Positions 6,806 to 14,412 of a stretch of DNA of 30,739 bases are shown here, piece after piece; position 1 is the first letter of the stretch; every line of letters begins with the position of its first letter. Location: the IMG/VR virus record IMGVR_UViG_3300025358_000031, positions 1 through 30,739 of that record; one strand, 5' to 3'. The DNA comes from a virus (taxonomy: Duplodnaviria > Caudoviricetes). The position numbers and the translations under genes are program-made. The notes beneath the pieces were generated by a model that was not told the DNA's origin, did not search any database, and worked only from the letters and a program-made list of their open reading frames with translations.

Positions 6806-9417
6806 TATCCACCCACCGAAGCTTTAGTATAACGAACAACAACAACTCCAGAACCACCGCTACCTGATGATGCATAATAATAAGAATATGGTGCACCGCC
6901 TCCGCCTGAGCCAGTGTTGCTTGCTCCAGAACCACCGCTACCGCCATAACCAGTTCCGCCACCGCCACCACCAGAACCTCCTGACCCTGAACCTAAATTA
7001 TAAGTAGAGGTTCCACCACCACCGCCACCAACATATCCACCTACACCTAGGCCAGCTCCAGAAATCCAATCAGATGGTTGGTTTGTACCAGGTCCGCCGT
7101 TTGTATCTCCGTAAAAAGCATCATAATAATGATATCCTCCTGTTATATCTGAAGAGCTACCACCTAGACCAGCCCCACCAGATCCACCGCCACCGCCACC
7201 GTAGTTTCTTCCAGCACCTGCTGGGTATACAACACCATTTATATTAGCTCCTGCGTTTCCGCCATTTGCACCTTGTGCACCTTTGCCATAGTCTGAAGTG
7301 TATCCCTGAGAAGATGTAAATCCAGCATCGCCCCAATAAGTTGTTGTAAATCCTGAATTGCTTCCGTCGTTTCCATTTCCTCCATATGGGCCATATGCTT
7401 GAGATTCACCAACGCCGCTTCCGCCAGCTCCTACAAGTATGGAGTATGCTCTTGGGCTTGCAGTATATGAATAAACACTCATTCCACCAGCACCGCCACC
7501 GCCGTAGTTATTTCCACCACCGCAAGCTCCGCTACCTCCTCCACCTACCAACATAACCTGAAGGTTTATAGATTGATCTTGAACAACTAAGTAATCGGAA
7601 TTATTAAATGTTCTGTAGTAATAAGTTGAATCTGAAGTTAACGTTCCTCCTGAAACCGTTGGAAATGGTGCTACAGAATTTTTTAAATAACGTATCAAAA
7701 CAATTCCAGATGAGTCTCCCGCTCCAGTATTTGCAACTCCCCATCCGCCTCCGCCACTGCCATATGCGTTATAATAATATCGTGCGGGTGCTCCTCCTGC
7801 ATAATAACCACTTGAATCTCCTGTTGATGTTGCAGATGCCCAATCAGAATATTGTCTTCCAGTCGGAGTTCCGCCTGCTCCACCACCTGCTCCACCTACG
7901 TATGGATCATTTGCATAATAATTTCCCCCTGGATTACCATATCCAATTCCGCCACCATTGTTTGTTTGAGTTGCAGCACCACCAGATTGAAAATAGAATC
8001 CATCTCCACCAGCACCACCACCAGAGCCACCACTTGAGCCATTTGAATAAGGACCGCCACCACCATTACCGCCACCGAAGGCTGTAATTCCATTAAATGT
8101 AGTGTTATTTCCTCCAGACGCTCCAACCAGTACTGAATAATTATTAGGTGCAAGGTTTAAATTAAAGTTTTCAACTAAACCTCCTGCACCACCGCCACCA
8201 CCAAAATATCCACCGCTGGAACCACCGCCACCAATTACTATAGCTTCAGCTTTTAGGTTTCCTCCAGTTACTGATAATGTATCAGATGCCTTAAATACAT
8301 TGTAATAGTAAGTGGAATCTTTAAAAAATGTTCCTCCATTAACAACAGTTGTAGAAGGCACAAAAATATTAATATTATAAGTTGATGTTGTTACCTTGTC
8401 TTGTGCAGTAACTACAATACTTACTGCATTATTTCCTCCTGAAAAACCTGAATTTCCATTTATTACAACACTTGAATTTTTATTTGATTTTGTAACTGAT
8501 ATATTAGCTGATGTTGAGTTAACAGGAATACTAACGGTATTATTAATATTGGACAAATCTGATATTGAATATTTTGTTCCATTTATTGTGATATATGTTA
8601 AAGAAGAATCTGTTGATGCTACTGCAGTTTTAAGATAACGAAGGATTACAATTCCTGATCCCCCGCCAGACCCTGAGTTGCCTCTGCTTCCACTACCTGT
8701 ATTTGGTTGTGGAACGTTTAACTTTCCATAACTTGTATCATTATTGTGTTCGCTATCTGCACCTGCAGCATAATAATGCAATCCATTCCAAAGTACTCCA
8801 GTGCTGGTTGCTAATCCCCAATCAGAGAAGTTTGAAGAACCTGGTCCGCCATATTCACCTGAAGCTGAACCAGCTGCACCGCCACCGCCACCGCCAGCAC
8901 CATATCCTCCATTGCCACCATCATAACCTTGTCCTGGCGTTCCAGAACCTCCAGGTGCACCGTACCATCCACCACCGCCACCAGATCCTCCATTGCCTCC
9001 TCTGTTTCCAAAATAAGCACCGTAACCTCCACCGTAGGCAGTTGAAGTTACATTATTTATATAAGTATTGTTTCCAGTATTTCCTTGATTATATCCATTT
9101 GTACTTGCTTGTGCAGCTCCTGCACCAATAACTACTGAATAAGTTCCTTTTGCAATTTTTTGCGATGTATATGAAAGAAGTCCACCTGCTCCTGCACCGC
9201 CAGCATATCCCCAAGCACCGCTACCGCCACCAGCAACAACTAGAATATCTGCCTTTAAACTTCCACCAGTAATTGTTAATGTGTCTGAACTTGTAAATGC
9301 TCTATAGGAATAAACTGCATCAGAATACAAGGTTCCGCCGAATACGGCGGGGGTAGACAAAAGACCAGACAAAGTAATCTTGTTTGATAAAGATCCTAAG
9401 TTTAGTCTTATAGCCAT
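6805..9417 (-). CDS. glycine-rich protein with three Gly-rich modules and a cadherin-like beta-sandwich (fibre/decoration/adhesin-like)
   Basis: Three units that start GGT...Y.Y..F..SD.L...V.GGG and end SG[IV]V..RY; DSSL..ITING...VTAQD..T..Y.I spacer. Confidence 0.8.
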   Translation of the reverse strand: MAIRLNLGSLSNKITLSGLLSTPAVFGGTLYSDAVYSYRAFTSSDTLTITGGSLKADILVVAGGGSGAWGYAGGAGAGGLLSYTSQKIAKGTYSVVIGAGAAQASTNGYNQGNTGNNTYINNVTSTAYGGGYGAYFGNRGGNGGSGGGGGWYGAPGGSGTPGQGYDGGNGGYGAGGGGGGAAGSASGEYGGPGSSNFSDWGLATSTGVLWNGLHYYAAGADSEHNNDTSYGKLNVPQPNTGSGSRGNSGSGGGSGIVILRYLKTAVASTDSSLTYITINGTKYSISDLSNINNTVSIPVNSTSANISVTKSNKNSSVVINGNSGFSGGNNAVSIVVTAQDKVTTSTYNINIFVPSTTVVNGGTFFKDSTYYYNVFKASDTLSVTGGNLKAEAIVIGGGGSSGGYFGGGGGAGGLVENFNLNLAPNNYSVLVGASGGNNTTFNGITAFGGGNGGGGPYSNGSSGGSGGGAGGDGFYFQSGGAATQTNNGGGIGYGNPGGNYYANDPYVGGAGGGAGGTPTGRQYSDWASATSTGDSSGYYAGGAPARYYYNAYGSGGGGWGVANTGAGDSSGIVLIRYLKNSVAPFPTVSGGTLTSDSTYYYRTFNNSDYLVVQDQSINLQVMLVGGGGSGACGGGNNYGGGGAGGMSVYSYTASPRAYSILVGAGGSGVGESQAYGPYGGNGNDGSNSGFTTTYWGDAGFTSSQGYTSDYGKGAQGANGGNAGANINGVVYPAGAGRNYGGGGGGSGGAGLGGSSSDITGGYHYYDAFYGDTNGGPGTNQPSDWISGAGLGVGGYVGGGGGGTSTYNLGSGSGGSGGGGGGTGYGGSGGSGASNTGSGGGGAPYSYYYASSGSGGSGVVVVRYTKASVGG

Positions 9418-9418
9418 A

Positions 9419-9712
9419 TTAAACCTCTGCTGCTAGAATTGCGAGTTGGACTGTTGTGTTTGAAATTCCTGTTGTTCCAAAAAGCTGGTCTCCAGGAAGT
9501 AGATCAATTGCAAATGTTGTACCTGCTGCAATGGCATAGCCATATGAAGAGCTTGTAACTCCTGCTGCACCCAAGTAAACTGAGTTGTTTGAATCTAAAT
9601 TCTGAATTGAAATTGAAACCTTATTCTCGTAAGGAATTGCATTTGCTTTTGGAATGCTGACTAGGGAAGTTCCGCTGTTGTCAACTGTTACTACTTGATG
9701 ATTGATTGCCAT
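9419..9712 (-). CDS. small beta-rich protein, possible virion decoration
   Basis: SISIQN....VYLG...VT.S.YGY.I..G pattern common in phage structural proteins; adjacent to the Gly-rich gene. Confidence 0.6.
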   Translation of the reverse strand: MAINHQVVTVDNSGTSLVSIPKANAIPYENKVSISIQNLDSNNSVYLGAAGVTSSSYGYAIAAGTTFAIDLLPGDQLFGTTGISNTTVQLAILAAEV

Positions 9713-10226
9713 TGTTTGTTTCCTCCGCCTTAATTATATCAGTCTTTGGCGATGAAGCCAAAGCTTCTTTCATGTTAAATTTTTTCTTTTTTTCTGGTGC
9801 TTTTACAACTTCTGCTGCTGGCAAAGTACCATTTTTTCTAAATCTCATGGTCTCCCATAGGGCATGGGGAAGAGTGTGAATCCCATAATGTGTCCTATGA
9901 TGATTAGTACACAATACCTCTAAGTTTCCTGGACTTTCCAACCATTGCTGAAATTCTGCATCATCCTTGAAATTTAAACCAAAATAAGCTTCAATCTTCT
10001 TTATATCAGCATTAGGTATTTGACTAAATTCTATATGTGTATGGTGTAATTCTGGTTCCCCGCCACATAAATCATCATTTATGACGCATTTCCAAAGTCC
10101 CGCCGCTTTGATCTTTTTTTTAGCTTGCATAAAATATTTGTAATTTGGATCAGATTCTCGTGGGTCATGTTCTGGAATGTGGGCCAGAATATGCAATGTC
10201 ATATTTTGATCGTGTGCATCTGTCAT
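9681..10226 (-). CDS. HNH-like (His-Me finger) protein
   Basis: CVI....C...PELHH...NLEVLCTNHHRTH.GIH. Confidence 0.55.
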   Translation of the reverse strand: MTDAHDQNMTLHILAHIPEHDPRESDPNYKYFMQAKKKIKAAGLWKCVINDDLCGGEPELHHTHIEFSQIPNADIKKIEAYFGLNFKDDAEFQQWLESPGNLEVLCTNHHRTHYGIHTLPHALWETMRFRKNGTLPAAEVVKAPEKKKKFNMKEALASSPKTDIIKAEETNNGNQSSSSNS

Positions 10227-10249
10227 GATAGTTAATTATACATTAACAG

Positions 10250-10321
10250 AGCCTCGTTTCAGATTTGAACTGAAGACCTTCCGCTTACAAGGCGGGTGCT
10301 CTACCACTGAGCTAACAAGGC
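10250..10321 (-). tRNA. tRNA-Thr(UGU)
   Basis: GCCTTGT/ACGAGGC acceptor stem, loop CTTGTAA, GTTCAAATC T-loop. Confidence 0.9.
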
Positions 10322-10322
10322 T

Positions 10323-10396
10323 TGGAGCGGACGATGGGAATTGAACCCACCCCTTCTGCTTGGAAGGCAGAGGCACTACCGATATGCAACATCCGC
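10323..10396 (-). tRNA. tRNA-Gly(UCC)
   Basis: GCGGATG/CGTCCGC acceptor stem, loop CTTCCAA, U73, encoded CCA. Confidence 0.92.
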
Positions 10397-10398
10397 AT

Positions 10399-10526
10399 GA
10401 GGACTACAGGTGAATTATTCCAGCACCGAATGACGCTGCCCTAAGAGTCTCCCGCAGAACTCATCTCACGGGTTACTTGGTTATGTGTAACTATATCCAT
10501 ACCTAAGGTGTGTCACCTGTAGCCTC
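10399..10526 (-). ncRNA. unassigned 128-nt structured RNA between tRNA-Leu and tRNA-Gly
   Basis: Ends pair in a 14-bp stem with one bulge; several internal helices whose G-U pairs favour the minus strand. Confidence 0.65.
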
Positions 10527-10527
10527 G

Positions 10528-10600
10528 TGCACCAAGTAGGATTTGAACCTACAACAACTAGTTCCTAAGACTAGCGCCTCTACCGTTGGGCCATTAGTGC
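10528..10600 (-). tRNA. tRNA-Leu(UAG) with short variable loop
   Basis: GCACTAA/TTGGTGC acceptor stem, CTAGT-CTTAGGA-ACTAG anticodon arm, A73. Confidence 0.85.
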
Positions 10601-10601
10601 T

Positions 10602-10678
10602 TGGTTGCGGGAGTGGGATTTGAACCCACGACCTAGAGCTTATGAGGCTCCCGAGCTTCCGAACTGCTCTATCCCGCA
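10602..10678 (-). tRNA. tRNA-Met(CAU) with initiator-like body
   Basis: TGCGGGA/TCCCGCA acceptor stem, loop CTCATAA, A11-U24, encoded CCA. Confidence 0.88.
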
Positions 10679-10681
10679 ATG

Positions 10682-10753
10682 CTTCCCGCCGTGGATTCGG
10701 ACCACGATTCATGGCTTCAAAGGCCATTGTCCTGCCAATTGGACGAACGGGAA
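10682..10753 (-). tRNA. tRNA-Gln(UUG)
   Basis: TTCCCGT/GCGGGAA acceptor stem (U1-A72), ATGGC-CTTTGAA-GCCAT; T-loop TCCGAAT. Confidence 0.87.
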
Positions 10754-10757
10754 TTAG

Positions 10758-10832
10758 TGGAGCAAGTAGGACTTGAACCTACGACGACCAAATTATGAGT
10801 TTGGGGCTACTGACCAACTGAGCTATTGCTCC
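10758..10832 (-). tRNA. tRNA with CAU anticodon (elongator Met or Ile2)
   Basis: GGAGCAA/TTGCTCC acceptor stem, CCAAA-CTCATAA-TTTGG; identity cannot be resolved by eye. Confidence 0.85.
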
Positions 10833-10839
10833 CGATTTA

Positions 10840-11082
10840 TTAGGCGTGTGCTTCACCAATTAATTTGTTTTCTATTAACTTTTCTCTTTCATCAACGATC
10901 TCATATGCGAAATCTTTTAATGCTTTTTCATTCTTTGCATAATGGTGACCACAGAACATAAGTTCTCCCGCCACACCTTTAGCCCAAACTAAAGCTTCAG
11001 CAGAACAAGAATCGCAACGGTTGCTGGGACCAAGTACAAACTGTTTATCATTAGTTACTTCTTGTGTCTTTTCTACCATCAT
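10840..11082 (-). CDS. actinobacterial-type small Zn-binding protein (DUF7455-like)
   Basis: RCDSC.A.A...GELMFCGHH; start placed at the second Met, 7 nt after TATAAT. Confidence 0.7.
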   Translation of the reverse strand: MMVEKTQEVTNDKQFVLGPSNRCDSCSAEALVWAKGVAGELMFCGHHYAKNEKALKDFAYEIVDEREKLIENKLIGEAHA

Positions 11083-11123
11083 GTTCATAATTATACTCTT
11101 TCTATTAGTTGGTTAATAATTTG

Positions 11124-11196
11124 CTGGGATGTTAGGATTCGGACCTACGACATTCCGATTAACAGTCGGACGCTCTGCCAGCTGAGCTACATCCCA
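11124..11196 (-). tRNA. tRNA-Asn(GUU)
   Basis: TGGGATG/CATCCCA acceptor stem, TCCGA-CTGTTAA-TCGGA, G73; T-loop TCCGAAT. Confidence 0.88.
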
Positions 11197-11202
11197 ATAC
11201 TG

Positions 11203-11490
11203 CTATTCTACCTTACCGAATGGATTCTTGTCAATCATCTTTAGTAGATCATCTGGATTATTAATCATACGACGTTGTGCTTCAAACTTTCCAAGCTCAA
11301 CCATTTCTTCTGCAAGAGTATGCATCATATCATAAAGTCCCGCAGCATAACGCTTATGCTTTGTATCTGCTGCATCAATTTCATTTCTCATATTTACTGC
11401 AGACCTTGTGAAATACTCACATAGTGCAGTTAAACTAATATAAATATCGTCTTCATCTTCAATAGTCTTGATAGTTCCATTTGCTAACAT
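11203..11490 (-). CDS. hypothetical protein
   Basis: 95-aa ORF with AAAGGA SD. Confidence 0.7.
   Translation of the reverse strand: MLANGTIKTIEDEDDIYISLTALCEYFTRSAVNMRNEIDAADTKHKRYAAGLYDMMHTLAEEMVELGKFEAQRRMINNPDDLLKMIDKNPFGKVE
11205..11234 (-). promoter_or_regulatory. promoter for the tRNA cluster
   Basis: TTGACA-N18-TAGAAT, 8 nt upstream of tRNA-Asn. Confidence 0.72.
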
Positions 11491-11518
11491 TTATTATCCT
11501 TTGTTTGTTGTTGTCGTT

Positions 11519-11547
11519 ATTCTACTATATTAATCTAATGCTGTCAA
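11519..11547 (-). promoter_or_regulatory. promoter at the 3' end of the large terminase gene
   Basis: TTGACA-N17-TAGAAT. Confidence 0.6.
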
Positions 11548-13372
11548 CAGGAAATTCATCATCTTCTTCATCATTACTTAATCCCATATACTCCCGCAAA
11601 CTTAATGGCATTTGTGGTCTTTCTGGAGTTTTAATAACATTTTTCAATCTAGCGTCTGATTCTTCTTTTAGTTTTTGTAACTCTTCTGAGAATACCCCGC
11701 CATATGTGTATATTTCAACTTCTTTGTCTGCATCTGGAGGAGTCATTGAAATAGCATTATATATAGAGCCACATACAGCATCTGAAAGGTCCTTAGAGCC
11801 TTTTCTTGGGTGATCTACTTTGTCCTTCATAATACGAAGTTGCAAAAGCTCATCTATGAGTAATTGTATCTTTGGACCATGCAATCTTTCTTCAGTTAAA
11901 GTAAGAGACATATCTTCATAATGTTTTTTAGCCACTGAAAGGATTTCTGTCTTGATACCGTGGACTCCCAACTGCTGCATCATATCGTGTGAGTTCCATC
12001 GGTCAAATGTAACCAACTTTAAATTAAAACCACGATCTCTTACTCCTGTAATATAATCTTTAACTTCTGTAAAATCAACTGACTTAGAAGCTGTTGGTGT
12101 CCAATACCTTACGGCATCTACAACAACTCTTGGTGCTGCTTCTTTATATTGATCTCCAATTTTCATTGTAACCCAGCCATCAACGTGTGCTAATGACACT
12201 GCACAGTGGTCATGCTTTTGTGCTAAATCAACATGCATAAAATACTTAACCCCATCTTTTGGTTTAAAATCATCATCAAATCTTCCATAAGAATCTACAT
12301 TTAATTTAGGATTGCTAAAAGCTTTTTCAATCACCGCACGGTTCTTAAAGAACGCATCAGTAGCATCTGGTGGCATGCAGGCAAAACGTGATAAAGCGTC
12401 TGTTGGATCTGTATAGAAGTCAATTGTAAAATCATTAATTGTTCTAGTCGGATTGATCTCCCATGTAGGTCTTTTTAAAGCATACATTCTGGGGACCTTG
12501 TATGAAATAATATGGTCTTCTTCCCATTCCATTTCAAATTCATTGCCTTCAGTTCCATCTGGCAAATCTGGATCAACTTTAAATTTATGGTGTCTAATAA
12601 CAGTTTCTTTTTCAGCTACCGCCTCGTTATACTTTTGCTGAATATAGTCATTCTTAAAACGTGGGAATGAAAGAAGAATTACTTTGCCAAAGTCTGGGAA
12701 ACGGGAGTTTACAGATGCACGATACATCTTATAAATAGCTGATGCTGTTTTTGCTTGATCATGTCCAGATGTTGATTCAAGTTCAAAGCCTGAAATTTCG
12801 TCAAGGATAACTACGAGAACATTATAGCCTTCCCATGCTTCACGTTCTGAGTGACCTGAGTGAACTGTAACCGATTTATCAAACTCAACCATGTTAGCCT
12901 TAGCAATATACTTGCCTTGGAACCACGGGGACTTTTCAATACGTTGATTAAATCCTTTAAAGAATACTCGGTTAGCTTGAATAGCGTTAATAGCAATGTT
13001 AATAATATCAATAGCATCGCCTGGTGGCTTGCCATAGTATCTTGCTGGATCCGTTAAGCACAAAAGCAAATGCACCATGTATGCACAAGCGATTGTAGAT
13101 GTATAGTCTTTTCCAGAACCTTTGCCCAGTTGCAGAATAACTTCGGAGCAAGTTTGCTTCCAAATCTTTTCGCCTTCTTCTTCACCATAAATCTTGTGCA
13201 ATGTCTCACGCTTATAAATTTGCGTAGATGCACGAATCATTTGATATTGATATTGTGAAAGAGGAGGCAGTCCCAAATAATCTTTGCTGGTTACAAATTC
13301 TTCAAGAGATGCGGGTTTTTCTGAGAACTCATCACCTTCAAGAGCATCAAGAAAAATATTAAAATCAGTCAC
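11525..13372 (-). CDS. terL: terminase large subunit
   Basis: Walker A GKGSGKD, Walker B VVILDE, coupling LSFP, RNase H-like HVDLA..D, TFDRW, KDLSDAV. Confidence 0.9.
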   Translation of the reverse strand: MTDFNIFLDALEGDEFSEKPASLEEFVTSKDYLGLPPLSQYQYQMIRASTQIYKRETLHKIYGEEEGEKIWKQTCSEVILQLGKGSGKDYTSTIACAYMVHLLLCLTDPARYYGKPPGDAIDIINIAINAIQANRVFFKGFNQRIEKSPWFQGKYIAKANMVEFDKSVTVHSGHSEREAWEGYNVLVVILDEISGFELESTSGHDQAKTASAIYKMYRASVNSRFPDFGKVILLSFPRFKNDYIQQKYNEAVAEKETVIRHHKFKVDPDLPDGTEGNEFEMEWEEDHIISYKVPRMYALKRPTWEINPTRTINDFTIDFYTDPTDALSRFACMPPDATDAFFKNRAVIEKAFSNPKLNVDSYGRFDDDFKPKDGVKYFMHVDLAQKHDHCAVSLAHVDGWVTMKIGDQYKEAAPRVVVDAVRYWTPTASKSVDFTEVKDYITGVRDRGFNLKLVTFDRWNSHDMMQQLGVHGIKTEILSVAKKHYEDMSLTLTEERLHGPKIQLLIDELLQLRIMKDKVDHPRKGSKDLSDAVCGSIYNAISMTPPDADKEVEIYTYGGVFSEELQKLKEESDARLKNVIKTPERPQMPLSLREYMGLSNDEEDDEFPVDSIRLI

Positions 13373-13892
13373 TTATTACAACAGCCTCTATTTGACCTGT
13401 TACTTCTGAGAGTCTACGGGATACTTCCCATTTACATTTATCACAAGTTGCAGTTACATCTTTTAGTATTCCTACAAGAATATCTTGCTTTCTTTCTGAC
13501 TCTAGGATTTGATCTGCCATAGAAGTATCTTCCAAGACCCCTGCCTTGTTTAGCATATCAATTCTCTTAGCTTCAATATCAGCAATAAGCTTAATTACTT
13601 GTGCTTTAACATTTGGTGCATCTTGTGCATCTGCTTGATTTAATGTGACCCAAGCTTCTTTGATAAGCATGTTGTAATGCTCATCTGCTCCAGCCAAAGC
13701 TTCTTTAGCACGGTCACGAATAGCTTTGTTGTCATGAACAAAGCCTTTCCAAGCATCAATGTAGTTCTCTACTTGAACACGAGTAAGCTCCAGAGAGCGA
13801 GCAATCTGGGCTGGAGAATTGCCTTTTAACAATTCTTCAATAACTTTATTCATTTGGTCAAATTGACCCGCAACTTCTATTTCATTAGCCAT
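13365..13892 (-). CDS. HTH plus helical protein, probable terminase small subunit
   Basis: N-terminal HTH (SPAQIARSLELTRVQV), directly upstream of and overlapping terL. Confidence 0.6.
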   Translation of the reverse strand: MANEIEVAGQFDQMNKVIEELLKGNSPAQIARSLELTRVQVENYIDAWKGFVHDNKAIRDRAKEALAGADEHYNMLIKEAWVTLNQADAQDAPNVKAQVIKLIADIEAKRIDMLNKAGVLEDTSMADQILESERKQDILVGILKDVTATCDKCKWEVSRRLSEVTGQIEAVVISD

Positions 13893-14064
13893 TGTCTGTT
13901 TTATAAAATCCTGATCCTTTAAATTGAATTCCTGCAGGCGTATATACTCTTGTCATGCTATAACCACAATTTGGGCAAGGAGGAATAACTTCTGGATCAG
14001 AAAATGATCTGGTAATCTCTTCTGTTCTGTTACATTCAATGCAAGTGTAATCATATTTTGGCAT
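13885..14064 (-). CDS. FmdB-family zinc ribbon protein, 59 aa (not in ORF track)
   Basis: MPKYDYTCIEC...CPNCG...IQFKGSGFYKTD. Confidence 0.88.
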   Translation of the reverse strand: MPKYDYTCIECNRTEEITRSFSDPEVIPPCPNCGYSMTRVYTPAGIQFKGSGFYKTDNG

Positions 14065-14069
14065 ACTTA

Positions 14070-14099
14070 ATTATACCCTTTAATTACTGCTTTTGTCAA
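14070..14099 (-). promoter_or_regulatory. consensus promoter for the fmdB-terminase unit (probably leaderless)
   Basis: TTGACA-N18-TATAAT, ATG 5 nt downstream. Confidence 0.8.
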
Positions 14100-14412
14100 T
14101 GGCAATTTTAAGTAAGATTAAATAACCAATCAAATCATCAATATCGTTATCACCAGCGAAGCCTTGATTGTTCTTAACTCTATTTAATTTATCATCAATT
14201 CTTACTTTAAGCTGTTCAACATTGTCAGATTGTGCAAATATCCTGTTTGGAGATAAAGCTGAATCGCCATAAGATATATTCTTTTCTATTAAAAGATGTG
14301 CAATTTCATGGCAAGCACTCCAAATTTTAGATCCAGATGGGGCCTTTGTAGCATGCAAATATAAGTCTCTACATGAAAAAATATCTGTATCTTCGTATAT
14401 TCCTTTAAGCAT
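14080..14412 (-). CDS. DUF1599 / nucleotide-modification-associated domain 1-like protein
   Basis: LLIEKN.SYGDS...F...LKVRIDDKLNR...DDLIGYLIL. Confidence 0.75.
   Translation of the reverse strand: MLKGIYEDTDIFSCRDLYLHATKAPSGSKIWSACHEIAHLLIEKNISYGDSALSPNRIFAQSDNVEQLKVRIDDKLNRVKNNQGFAGDNDIDDLIGYLILLKIAIDKSSN

Noticed and set aside
6805-9417. DNA tandem repeat or diversity-generating retroelement target
   Set aside because: The CCA/CCG runs reflect Gly codons. The modules are diverged at DNA level and no reverse transcriptase is present.
10399-10526. tRNA-associated theta/HDV-like or hammerhead ribozyme
   Set aside because: The position fits, but the 5' strand pairs with the extreme 3' end rather than mid-molecule. 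I could not build the nested double pseudoknot or a CUGANGA...GAAA core.
10528-10600. Amber suppressor tRNA or alternative genetic code
   Set aside because: The anticodon is UAG (reads CUA, Leu), not CUA. Genes are intact under the standard code and use all three stop codons.
10503-10961. ORFs 10503..10727 (-) and 10773..10961 (+)
   Set aside because: They overlap clear tRNA cloverleaves and are translation artefacts.
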